Origin: Pristiophorus japonicus
Lineage: Eukaryota
Length of the DNA stretch: 64,000 nucleotides
Assembly: GCF_044704955.1 (NCBI RefSeq)
Contig: NC_091994.1
Coordinates: 25,606,001 to 25,670,000 of the forward strand
Direction: 5' to 3'
The number at the start of each line of letters is the position of its first letter. Positions within the stretch are counted from its first letter, which is position 1. The notes below the pieces were generated by a model. The model worked only from the letters and a program-made list of their open reading frames with translations. It was not told where the DNA came from and did not search any database. Position numbers and translations under genes: made by a program. Below, one piece after another: positions 24,705-36,169 of this stretch.

Positions 24705-25621
24705 ATGGCAGGACAGCTCGGTCACGTGTTATGCTCCTCCTGTACCATGTGGGAACTCAGAGACGACTCCAGTGTCCCGGACGACTACGTGTGCGGGAAG
24801 TGTATCCGCCTCCAGCTCCTGACGGACCACGTTGCGGAGTTGGAGCAGAGGGTGGATGCACTCTGGAGCATCCATGATGCTGAGAATGATGTGAGTAGCA
24901 CGTGTAGCGAGTTGGTCGTACCGCAGGTGAAGGGTCCACAGCCAGATAAGGAATGGAAGACCAGCAGGAAGAGCAGTACAAGGAAGGTAGTGCAGGGGTC
25001 CCCTGTGTTCATCCCCCTGCAAAACAGATACACTGCTTTGAGTACTGTTGAGGGGGATGACTCATCAGGGGAGGGCAACAGCAGCCAAGTTCATGACACC
25101 GTGGCTGGCTCTGTTGCACAGGAGGGCAGGAAAAAGAGTGGGAGAGCGATAGTGATCGGGGATTCAATTGTAAGGGGAATAGATAGGCGTTTCTGCGGCC
25201 GCAACCAAGACTCCAGGATGTATGTTGCCTCCCTGATGCAAGGGTCAAGGATGTCTCGGAGTGGGTGCAGGACATTCTAAAAAGGGAGGGAGAACAGCCA
25301 GTTGTCGTGGTGCACATTGGTACCAACCTCATAGGTAAAAAAAGGGATGAGGTCCTACGAAATGAATTTAAGGAGCTAGGAGCTAAATTAAAAAGTAGGA
25401 CCTCAAAAGTAGTAATCTCGGGATTGCTACCAGTGCCACGTGCTAGTCAGAGTAGGAATCGCAGGATAGCGGAGATGAATACGTGGCTTGAGCAGTGGTG
25501 CAGCAGAGAGGGATTCAAATTCCTGGGGCATTGAAACTGGTTCTGGGGGAGGTGGGACCAGTACAAACCGGACGGTCTAGGGGGAGTGTTTGCTAGTGCT
25601 GTTGGGGAGGAGTTAAACTAA
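24705..25621 (+). pseudogene. CR1 ORF1: CxxC..CxxC zinc motif, coiled coil, SGNH esterase-like domain (disrupted)
   Basis: CSSCTM..CGKC; LQNRY..L; VIGDS; HIGTN. Frameshift ~25220, TGA at 25532-25534 and a 30-bp deletion removing the His of DGLHL. Confidence 0.92.
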
Positions 25622-28604
25622 TATTGCAGGGGGATGGGAACCAATGCAGGGAGACAGAGGGAAACAAAAAGGAGACAAAAGCAAAAGACAGAAAGGAGAT
25701 GAGGAAAAGTGGAGGGCAGAGAAACCCAAGACAAAGAACAAAAAGGGCCACTGTACAGCAAAATTCTAAAAGGAAAAAGGGTGTTAAAATAACAAGCCTG
25801 AAGGCTTTGTGACTTAATGCAAGGAGTATCCGTAATAAGGTGGATGAATTAACTGTGCAAACAGATGTTAACAAATATGATGTGATTGGGATTACAGAGA
25901 CGTGGCTCCAGGATGATCAGGGCTGGGAACTCAACATCCAAGGGTATTCAACATTCAGGAAGGATAGAATAAAAGGAAAAGGAGGTGAGGTAGCATTGCT
26001 GGTTAAAGAGGCGATTAATGCAATAGTTAGGAAGGACATTAGCTTGGATGATGTGGAATCGATATGGGTAGAGCTGCAGAACACCAAAGGGCAAAAAATG
26101 TTAGTGGGAGTTGTGTACAGACCTCCAAACAGTAGTAGTGATGTTGGGGAGGGCATCAAACAGGAAATTAGGGGTGCATGCAATAAGGGTGCAGCAGTTA
26201 TAATGGGTGACTTTATTATGTACATAGATTGGGCTAACCAAACTGGAAGCAATACGGTGGAGGAGGATTTCCTGGAGTGCAAAAGGGATGGTTTTCTAGA
26301 CCAATATGTCGAGGAACCAAATAGGGGGAGGCCATCTTAGACTGGGTGTTGTGTAATGAGAGAGGATTAATTAGCAATCTTGTTGTGCGAGGTCCCTTGG
26401 GGAAGAGTGACCATAATATGGTGGAATTCTGCATTAGGATGGAGAATGAAACAGTTAATTCAGAGACCATGGTCCAGAACTCAAAGAAGGCTAACTTTGA
26501 AGGTATGAGGCGTGAATTGGCTAGGATACATTGGCGAATGATACTTAAGGGGTTGACTGTGGATGGACAATGGCAGACATTTAGAGACCGCATGGATGAA
26601 TTACAACAATTGTACATTCCTGTCTGGCGTAAAAATAAAAAAGGGAAGGTGGCTCAACCGTGGCTATCTAGGGAAATCAGGGATAGTATTAAAGCCAAGG
26701 AAGTGGCATACAAATTGGCCAGAAATAGCAGCGAACCCGGAGACTGGGAGAAATTTAGAACTCAGCAGAGGAGGACAAAGGGTTTGATTAGAGCAGGGAA
26801 AATGGAGTACGAGAAGAAGCTTGCAGGGAACATTAAGACGGATTGCAAAAGTTTCTATATATATGTAAAGAGATAAAGGTTATTAAAGACAAACGTAGGT
26901 CCCCTGCAGTCAGAATCAGGGGAAGTCATAACGGGGAACAAAGAAATGGCGGACCAATTGAACAAGTACGTTGGTTCGGTATTCACTAAGGAGGACACAA
27001 ACAACCTTCCGGATATAAGAGGGGTCAGATGGTCTAGTAAGGAGGAGGAACTGAGGGAAATCCTTATTAGTCAGGAAATTGTGTTGGGGAAATTGATGGG
27101 ATTGAAGTCCGATAAATCCCCAGGGCCTGATGGGATGCATCCCAGAGTACTTAAGGAGGTGGCCTTGGAAATAGCGGATGCATTGACAGTCATTTTCCAA
27201 CATTCCATTGACTCTGGATCAGTTCCTATCAAGTGGAGGGTAGCCAATGTAACCCCACTTTTTAAAAAAGGAGGGAGAGAGAAAACAGGGAATTATAGAC
27301 CGGTCAGCCTGACCTCAGTAATGGGTAAAATGATGGAATCAATTATTAAGGATGTCATAGCAGCGCATTTGGAAAGAGGTGACACGATGGGTCCAAGTCA
27401 GCATGGATTTGTGAAAGGGAAATCATGCTTGACAAATCTTCTGGAATTTTTTGAGGATGTTTCCAGTAGAGTAGACAAGAGAGAACCAATTGATGTGGTA
27501 TATTTGGACTTTCAGAAGGCTTTCGACAAGGTCCCACACAAGAGGTTAATGTGCAAAGTTAAAGCACATGGGATTGGGGGTAGTGTGCTGACATGGATTG
27601 AGAACTGGTTGTCAGACAGGAAGCAAAGAGTAGGAGTAAATGGGTACTTTTCAGAATGGCAGGCGGTGACTAGTGGGGTACCGCAAGGTTCTGTGCTGGG
27701 GCCCCAGCTGTTTAGATTGTACATTAATGATTTAGACGAGGGGATTAAATGTAGTATCTCCAAATTTGCGGATGACACTAAGTTAGGTGGCAGTGTGAGC
27801 TGCAAGGAGGATGCTATGAGGCTGCAGAGCGACTTGGATAGGTTCGGTGAGTGGACAAATGCATGGCAGATGAAGTATAATGTGGATAAATGTGAGGTTA
27901 TCCACTTTGGTGGTAAAAACAGAGAGACAGACTATTATCTGAATGGTGACAGATTAGGAAAAGGGGAGGTGCAACGAGACCTGGGTGTCATGGTACATCA
28001 GTCATTGAAGGTTGGCATGCAGGTACAGCAGGCGGTTAAGAAAGCAAATGGCATGTTGGCCTTCATAGCGAGGGGATTTGAGTACAGGGGCAGGGAGGTG
28101 TTGCTACAGTTGTACAGGGCCTTGGTGAGGCCACACCTGGAGTATTGTGTACAGTTTTGGTCTCCTAACTTGAGGAAGGACATTCTTGCTATTGAGGAAG
28201 TGCAGCGAAGGTTCACCAGACTGATTCCTGGGATGGCGGGACTGACCTATCAAGAAAGACTGGATCAACTGGGCTTGTATTCACTGGAGTTCAGAAGAAT
28301 GAGAGGGGACCTCATAGAAATGTTTAAAATTCTGATGGGTTTAGACAGGTTAGATGCAGGAAGAATGTTGCCAATGTTGGGGAAGTCCAGAACCAGGGGT
28401 CACAGTCTAAGGATAAGGGGTAAGCCATTTAGGACCGAGATGAGGAGAAACTTCTTCACCCAGAGAGTGGTGAACCTGTGGAATTCTCTACCACAGAAAG
28501 TAGTTGAGGCCAATTCACTAAATATATTCAAAAAGGAGTTAGATGTAGTCCTTACTATTAGGGGGATCAAGGGGTATGGCGAGAAAGCAGGAATGGGGTA
28601 CTGA
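25622..28604 (+). pseudogene. CR1 ORF2 (APE + RT), disrupted; RT segment 26946-28604 still open
   Basis: Same motifs as copy A; stops at 25810-25812 and 26874-26876, frameshift ~26325; 552-aa open segment containing FADD. Confidence 0.95.
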
Positions 28605-28949
28605 AGTTGCATGTTCAGCCATGAACTCATTGAATGGCGGTGCAGGCTAGAAGGGCCGAATGGCCTACTCCTGCACCTATTTTCTATGCTTCTATGTTTC
28701 TATGTAAGAAGCACATGCACGACCCATCAATTTTCTCAGAGAATGCAGTGTTGAGGGCACCGATATAAAACAGATAATCATGTTCTGGTTTGACAAGATC
28801 CATGTTTAAAGGGGAAGCAACTTATTTGGAAAGTTTATCTTTCGGGGTTTATGATAACTGAACGTTTGCTTTTTTTAGCAACTTGTTTGTTTTTGCAAGT
28901 TTTTGCCTCAGATTTTTGACATCAAGATTTATTATTGCTTCAGTCAAAA

Positions 28950-31900
28950 TTCTGTTTTCTTATGCCTCAGGCTTGTTCCTAGCTATCCCAGGGATCTGGG
29001 CAACATCAGGCAATCGTAAGTGCATAGATACATCAAGCAAGTCACTGATGCATTGTTTGCCAAGGCAAACCACTTCATCATTCGCCCCCAGAAATTCAGC
29101 AGCCGAATGAGAGACCACTGCACTTTTTCACATTATAAATCTCCTCAATGTTCAGGCCTTGTTGTTGGTATTTATGTGGCGATCCCAGTCCCGGAACACA
29201 GTTCGATGCTCTTCATGAACTATAAATGGGCCCATCAATGTCCAGCTGGTTAGTACCAGGCTGTAGTCATGACACCTTCACAACCCTCTTCCTGCTCAGA
29301 AGCAATGCCGCAGAAAAGTCAACGCAGGGGCACTCAAAGACTCAGTTGAGAGAGCCCTATGCAGCCAGCGCCTCACTGCCAACCCTTGATGACCCCGAGT
29401 CGCAACGTGCCCACAGCGCCTGGTCTGCCCTCAAGGCCACCATAACCAGTGCCTGTGAAGAGACGCTCGGTCACTCAAGCAGGAAACACCAAGACTGCTT
29501 TGATGAGAATGACCAGGAGATCCAGGAGCTAATAAAACTCAAGCGCTGTGCATTTCTCAACTTAAAGCAGCAACCCAATTCGAGAGCAGTAAAGCAGCTC
29601 TACAGATGGCTGGAGGCTGAGGTCCAACAAAAAACCCGCGACCTAAAGAATAGATGGTGGGTGGAGAAAGCTCAGGAGATCCAGCAGCTGGCCGACAGCT
29701 ATGAAGTGCGATGATTCTTCACCGTAGTTAAGTCTACCTATGACCCAAGCACCTAAGGCCCCATCCCACTGCTGGTCAAGAACGGGGAGACACTCATTAA
29801 GGATACCGAAGCAGTCGGGGCACTTCAAAGATCTCCTTCATCAAGACTCTGCCTTTGACACGACTGTCCTCAACTCCATCCTGCAGCATGCTACCCACCA
29901 CCACCTCCACAAACGCCAACCCTGCACGAAGTAGAAAAGGCCATCCGTCAGCTCAAGAACAACAAGGCATCAGGAACAGATGGAATCCCCGCCGAGGCAC
30001 TATAGTATGGCGGAGAAGCACTATTGGCACGAAAGCATGACCTCATCTCTCTTATCTGGAAGGAGGAGAACATGCCGGGAGATCTCAGAGATGCTGTAAT
30101 CATGACCATTTTCAAAAAAGGGGAAAAGTCCGGCTGCGGCAACTACAGAGGAATCTCCCTATTGTTGGCCACTGGGAAAGTCATCGCTAGAATCCTCCTC
30201 AGCCATCTTCACCCTGTGGCTGAAGAGCTCCTCCCAGAGTCACACTGCAGATTCTGTCCACCAAGGGGTACAATGGACAACTACAAGAGAAATGCAGAGA
30301 ACAGCAGCAACCCTTGTATATGGCCTTCTTTGACCTCACAAAGGCCTTTGACACTCTCAACCATGAGGGATTATGGAGCGTCCTCCTCCATTTCAGCTGC
30401 CCCCAAAAGTTTGTCACCATCCTCCGCCTGCTCCACGATGACATGCAACCCATGATCCTGACCAACAGATCCATCACTGATGCAATCCACATCCGGACCG
30501 GGGTCAAGCAAGGCTGAGTCATCGCGCCAACGCTCTTCACGATCTTCCTCACTGCAATGCTCCATCTCACACTCAACAAGCTCCCCGCTAGAGTAGAACT
30601 AAACTATAGAACCAATGGGAACCTGTTCAACCTTCGTCGCCTCCAGGCTAGATCCAAGATCGTCCCATCCTCTGTCATCGAACTACAGTACGCAGACGAC
30701 GCTTGTGTCTGCGCACACTCAGAGGCCAAACTCCAAGCCTTCGTCAACATTTTCACCGAGGCGTATGAAAGCATGGGCCTTACACTAAACATCCGTCAGA
30801 CAAAGGTCCTCCACCAACCTGACCCCGCCTCACAACACTGCCCCCGCCTCGCAGCACTGCCCACCAGTCATCAAAATCCACGGCATGGCCTTGGACAACA
30901 TCGACCATTTTCCATACGTCGGTAAGCTACTATCAGCAAGGCCAGACATCGATGAAGAGGTCCAACACCACCTCCAGTGTGCCAGCGCAGCCTTCGGTTG
31001 TCTGAGGAAGAGGGTGGTTGAAGACCAGGATCTCAAATCTGGCACCAAGCTTATGATCTACAGGGAAGTAGTGATACTCATCCTCGTATATGGCTCAGAG
31101 ACTTGGACCATATACAGTAGACACCTCAAAGCGCTGGAGAAGTACCACCAGCGTTGCCTCCACAAGATCCTGCAAATCCACTGGGAGGCTAGACACACCA
31201 ACATCAGTGTTCTCGATCAGGCCAACATCCCAGCATCGAAGCACTGACCACACTCGACCAGCTCCGTTGGGCAGGCCATATCGTCTGCATGCCCGACACG
31301 AGACTCCCAAAGCAAGCACTCTACTCATAACTCCTACATGGCAAGCGAGCCCCAGGTACGCAGAGGAAACGTTCCAAGGACACCCTCAAAGCCTCCTTGA
31401 TAAAGTACAACATCCCCACCGGCACCTGGGAATCCCCGGCCCAAGACCACCCTAAGTGGGGAAGAACATCTGGGAGGGTGCTGAGCACCTCGAATCTTGT
31501 CGCAGAGAGCATGCAGAAAACAAGCGCAGACAGTAGAAGAAGTGTGCAGCAAACCAGACTCCCCACCCACCCTTTCCTCCAACCACTGTCTGTCCCACCG
31601 GTGACAGACTGTAACTCCCATATTGGACTGTACAGTCACCTGAGAATTCACTTTTAGAGTGGAAGTAAATCTTCCTCGATTTCGAGGGACTGCCTATGAT
31701 GATGATTATGACAACCCTCTGTGCCTCGGCAATTTAAAAGAGAAGGTAGACATCTACTAATGCTTTTTGGAGACCAAGACTACCTCCTTTAGCCCTGGCA
31801 CCATTGAGACAGCCATGAACAGCAACACAGCAAAGATAGAGCAAGGCTCATGTGCCATTAGCACCGTTATCGAACCATAGGCTTTGAAGAAGTACCTCAG

Positions 31901-32095
31901 ATGCTTGGGAGGATCAGTGGACATCTTCCAATATAACCCCTGGATGTTCTACAACTTTACTATACAAAGAGTCCTCGGAATGGAGCAGATGGAGGCCTAC
32001 CTGCAGCCAATGGTAAATCAAGACACTGATGATCAGCCAGAAGTTATCTCTGATGAAACATTGCAGGCAGCAAGAATTATATGCAGGTTTTCATA
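28950..32095 (+). pseudogene. Old PIF/Harbinger (HARBI1-like) transposase remnant split by an RTE insertion
   Basis: 28960-29279: YASGLF..VHRYIKQVTDALFAKANHFI..FMNYK..INVQLV..PGCSHDTF; 31721-32095: FGDQDYL..STVIEP..LKKYLRCL..QYNP. Same motif order as the transposase at 38509-40300. Confidence 0.75.
29290..31710 (+). mobile_element. RTE-clade LINE, 5'-truncated, decayed
   Basis: NYRGISLL, AFFDLTKAFD, TGVKQG, LQYADD, YGSETW; tail gagggactgcct(atg)n; 10-bp TSD acaaccctct at 29280-29289 and 31711-31720. Confidence 0.95.
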
Positions 32096-32269
32096 GAGCA
32101 GGCCTTCAGCTAACTGTCACATCTGCCCAATAAAGTAACAGTTCTCTCCACATGTGCACAATATAATGGCCTAAAATAGCTTCAATAATATTGACATCTG
32201 TAGTTACTCAGATATCAAGAATGCCAATCCACTGACCTGCCAATGTCTTATTCTACACCTTGGGAAGAT

Positions 32270-33905
32270 AGCCTATTCAGCACTTTGAGCCTGTTCCGCC
32301 ATTCAATTAGATTATGGTAGATCTGTAGCTTAACTCCAATTACCCACCTTGGCTTCATATCCCTGATAACTTTACCCAATGAAAAATCCATCAATCACAA
32401 ATTTGAAATTTTCAATTGACCTAGCATCAACAACTTTTTGAGAGAGAGTTCCAGATTTAACACTACGCTTTGTGTGAAGAAAAGCTTCCTGAATTATCTC
32501 AAACACCTCAATTAGATCACCCCTTAATATTCTAATACTCAGATCACCCCTTAATATTCTAATACTCAGATAAGAACATAAGAAATAGGAGCAGGAGTCG
32601 GCCAATTGGCCCCTTGAGCCTGCTCCACCATTCAATAAGATTATGGCTGATCTGATCATGGACTCAGCTCCACTTCCCTGCCCGCTCCCCATAACCCTTT
32701 ATTCCCTTATCACTCAAAGATCTGTCTATCTCCGCCTTAAATATATTCAATGACCCAACCTCCACAGCTCTCTAGGGCAGATAATTCCATAGATTTACAA
32801 CCCTTTGAGAGAAGAAATTTCTCTTCATCAGTTTTAAATGGGTGGCCCCTTATTCTAAGACTATGTCCCCTAGTTTTAGTTTCCACTATGAGTGGAAATA
32901 TCCTCTCTGCATCCACCTTGTCGAGCCCCCTCATTATCTTATATGTTTCAATAAGATCCCCTCTCATTCTCCTGAACTCCAATGGGTATAGGCCCAACCT
33001 ACTCAATCTATCTTAATAAGTCAACCCCCTCATCTCCAGAATCAACCTAGTGAATCTTCTCTGAACAGCCTCCAATGCAAGTATATCCTTCCTTAAATAC
33101 AGAGACCAAAACTGTACGCAGTACTCTAGGTGTGGCCTCACCAATACCCTGTACAGTTGTAGCAGGACTTCTCTGCTTTTATACTCTATCCCCCTTGCAA
33201 TAAAGGTCAACATTCCATTTGCCTTCCTGATCACTTGCTGTACCTGCATACTAACTTTTTGTGCTTCATACACAAGGACCCCCAGGTCTCTTTGCACTGC
33301 AGCACTTTGCAAATTTTTCTCCATTTAAATTATAATTTGATTTTCTATTATTTCTGCCAAAGTGGATAACCTCATATTTTCCCACATTATACCACATCTG
33401 CCAAATCTTTGCCCACTCACTTAGCCTGTCTATATCCCTTTGCAGATTTTGTGTGTCCTCCTCACAATTTGCTTTCCCACCCATTTTGTATCATCAGCAA
33501 ACTTGGCTACATGAAACTCAGTCCCTTCATCCAAGTCATTAATATAGATTGTAAATAGTTGAGGATCCAGCACTGATCCCTGCAGCACTACACTAGTCAC
33601 TTTTTCCAACTGGAAAATGACCCATTTATCCCGACTCTCTGTTTTCTGTTAGTTAGCCAATCCGCTAATATATTACACACAACCCCTTGAGCTTTTATCT
33701 TGTGCAGTAACCTCTTATGCTGCACCTTATCGAATGCCTTCTGGAAATCTCCCTGTCTACCCTATCAAATCCTTTAATCATCTCAAATACCTCAATTAGA
33801 TCAGCCCTTAATATTCTAATACTCAAGGGAATACAATCCTAGTCTATGCAATCTGTCCTCAAAATGTAACCCTTTTAGTCCCTTCATGAGAAAACTCTCT
33901 GAACA
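32270..33905 (-). mobile_element. Nested CR1 fragments (younger 32571-33749 inside an older copy)
   Basis: Inner copy has a (cataagaa)n tail and ORFs 32737, 33013, 33266 ([26 protein letters not shown]); older copy lies on both sides. Confidence 0.88.
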
Positions 33906-34217
33906 CAGTGGAAATAAAGTATAAGCAAATTTAAGTCCCTAAAAGTGACGAGTGTTGTGTAACCAGTGTTTTTTGCCCTGGTTCCTCCCCTTGGTGATGT
34001 ATGTTTTGTGTGCACCAATCCTAATCCTCTGCTCCTTCTTGGTACTTTACCAGTAGGAGTATGTAAGCAGATGGGACTGAGGTGGCCCTGTATCTCCTTG
34101 TGCTCAGTCATGAGATGGCCCAGCAGCATGTCTGCTCCAGCAGTGAAGGGTTGCTCCTGTCGGCTTGCCAGCATATAATTTGGCACTGAAGGGGCAATTG
34201 GATGGGGCAGATGTCAA

Positions 34218-36169
34218 TCAATCAATCATAGGCAGTCCCTCGGAATCGAGGAAGACTTGCTTCCACTCTTAAAATGAGTCCTTAGGTGGCTGAACAGTCC
34301 AATACGAGAACCACAGTCCCCGTCAGAGGTGGGACAGACAGTCGTTGAGGGAAGGGGTGGGTGGAACAGGTTTGCCGTACGTTCTTTCCGCTGCCTGTGC
34401 TTGATTTCTGCATGCTCTCGGCAATGAGACTCAAGGTGCTCAGCGCCCACCCGGATGCACTTCCTCCACTTAGGATAGTCTTTGGCCAGGGACTCCCAGG
34501 TGTCGGTGGAGATGTTGCACTTTTTCAAGGGGGCTTTGAGGGTGTCCTTGTAACGTTTCCTCTGCCCACCTTTGGCTCGTTTGCCATGAAGGAGTTCCAA
34601 GTAGAGCGCTGGCTTTGGGAGTCTCGTGTCTGGCATACGAACGACGTGGCCTGCCCATCGGAACTGATAAAGTGTGGTCAGTGCTTCAATGCTGGGGATA
34701 TTGGCCTGGTCGAGGACGCTAATGTTGGTGCGTCTGTCCTCCCAGAGGATTTGTAGGATCTTGCGGAGGCATCGTTGGTGGTATTTCTCCAGAGACTTGA
34801 GGTGTCTACTGTACATGGTCCATGTCTCAGCCATACAGGAGGGCGGGCATTACTATAGCCCTATAGGCCATGAGCGTGGTGGCAGTTTTGAGGGCCTGGG
34901 CTTTGAACACTCTTTTCCTCTGGCGGCCGAAGACTGCACTGGTGCACTGGAGGCGATGTTGAATCTTGTCGTCAATGTCTACTGTTGTTCCTGAGGTATG
35001 GCTAAGGGTCCACGTTGTCCAGGGCCACGCTGTGGATATTGATGACTGAGGGGCAGTGCTGTGTGGCGAGGACAGGCTGGTGGAGGACCTTTGTCTTACG
35101 GATGTTTAGCGTAAGGCCTATGCTTTCGTACGCCTCAGTAAATACGTCGACTATGTCCTAGAGTTCAGCCTCTGTATGTGCGCAGACGCAGGCGTTGTCC
35201 GCGTACTGTAGCTCGATGACAGAGGTTTGGGTGGTCACGGACCTGGCCTGGAAATGACAAAGGTTGTACAGGTTCCCACTGGTTCTGTAGTTTAGTTCCA
35301 CTCCAGTGGGAAGCTTGTTGACTGTGAGGTGGAGCATGGCAGCATGGAAGATTGAGAAGAGGGTTGGAGCGATGATGCAGCCCTGTTTGACTCCGGTCCG
35401 GACATGGATTGGGTCTGTAATGGATCCATTGGTAAGAATCACGGCCTGCATGTCGTCATAGTGCAGGTGGAGGATGGTGACGAACTGTTAGGGGCATCCG
35501 AAACAGAGGAGGACGCTCCATAGACCCTCGCGGTTGACAGTGTCAAAGGCCTTTGTATGGTCGAAGAAGGCCGTGTATAAGGGCAGGTGCTGTCGCGCTG
35601 CAAAAATCATGTCCCTTGTGCCCCGAAGGGGACGAAACCTGCACTCTGACTCCGGGAGGAGCTCCTCGGCCACAGGGAGAAGACGGATGTGGAGGACTCT
35701 AGCGATGACTTTCCCAATGGCTGATAACAGGGAGATTCCTCTGTAATTGCCGCAGTCAAACTTGTCCCCTTTTTTAAAGATGGCCGCGATCACGGCATCT
35801 CCCGGCATGCTCTCCTCCCTCCAGATGAGAGGGATGAGGTCATGTATTCGCGCCAACAGCCCTCTCCGCCATACATCAGTGCCTCAGCTGGGATTCCATC
35901 TGTTCCCGTAGCCTTGTTGTTCTTAAGCTGTCTTATAGCTTTTTCTATCTCGTGGAATGTTGGGGTTTTACTGAGGTGATGGCAAATAGCATGCTCCGGG
36001 ATGGAGTCGAGAACACTCGAGTCAAAGGCAGAGTCTCAATTGAGGAGATCTTTGAAGTGCTCATTCCAGCGGGCCCTGACTGCCTCGGTGTCCTTGATGA
36101 GTGTTTCCCCATTCTTGGCCAGCAGTAGGTGGAGTGTTTGGACCATAGGTAACCTTGACTGCAGTGAAG
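34218..36169 (-). mobile_element. RTE-clade LINE, 5'-truncated, decayed
   Basis: ORFs 35488 (NYRGISLL), 35158 (TGVKQG..LQYAD) and 34226 (ETWT..RWAGHV..CGSRIGLFSHLRTH); RTE tail at ~34222. Confidence 0.95.

Larger units (their letters stand above)
24465..28705 (+). mobile_element. Near full-length young CR1 LINE (copy B)
   Basis: CpG-rich 5'UTR with TATAAAA at ~24523, ORF1, ORF2 and (ttctatgt)n tail; candidate TSD aaga at 24461-24464 and 28706-28709. Confidence 0.97.

Noticed and set aside
26946-28604. 552-aa ORF as a functional gene
   Set aside because: It is the RT part of CR1 ORF2 downstream of stops and a frameshift; the endonuclease is not in frame.
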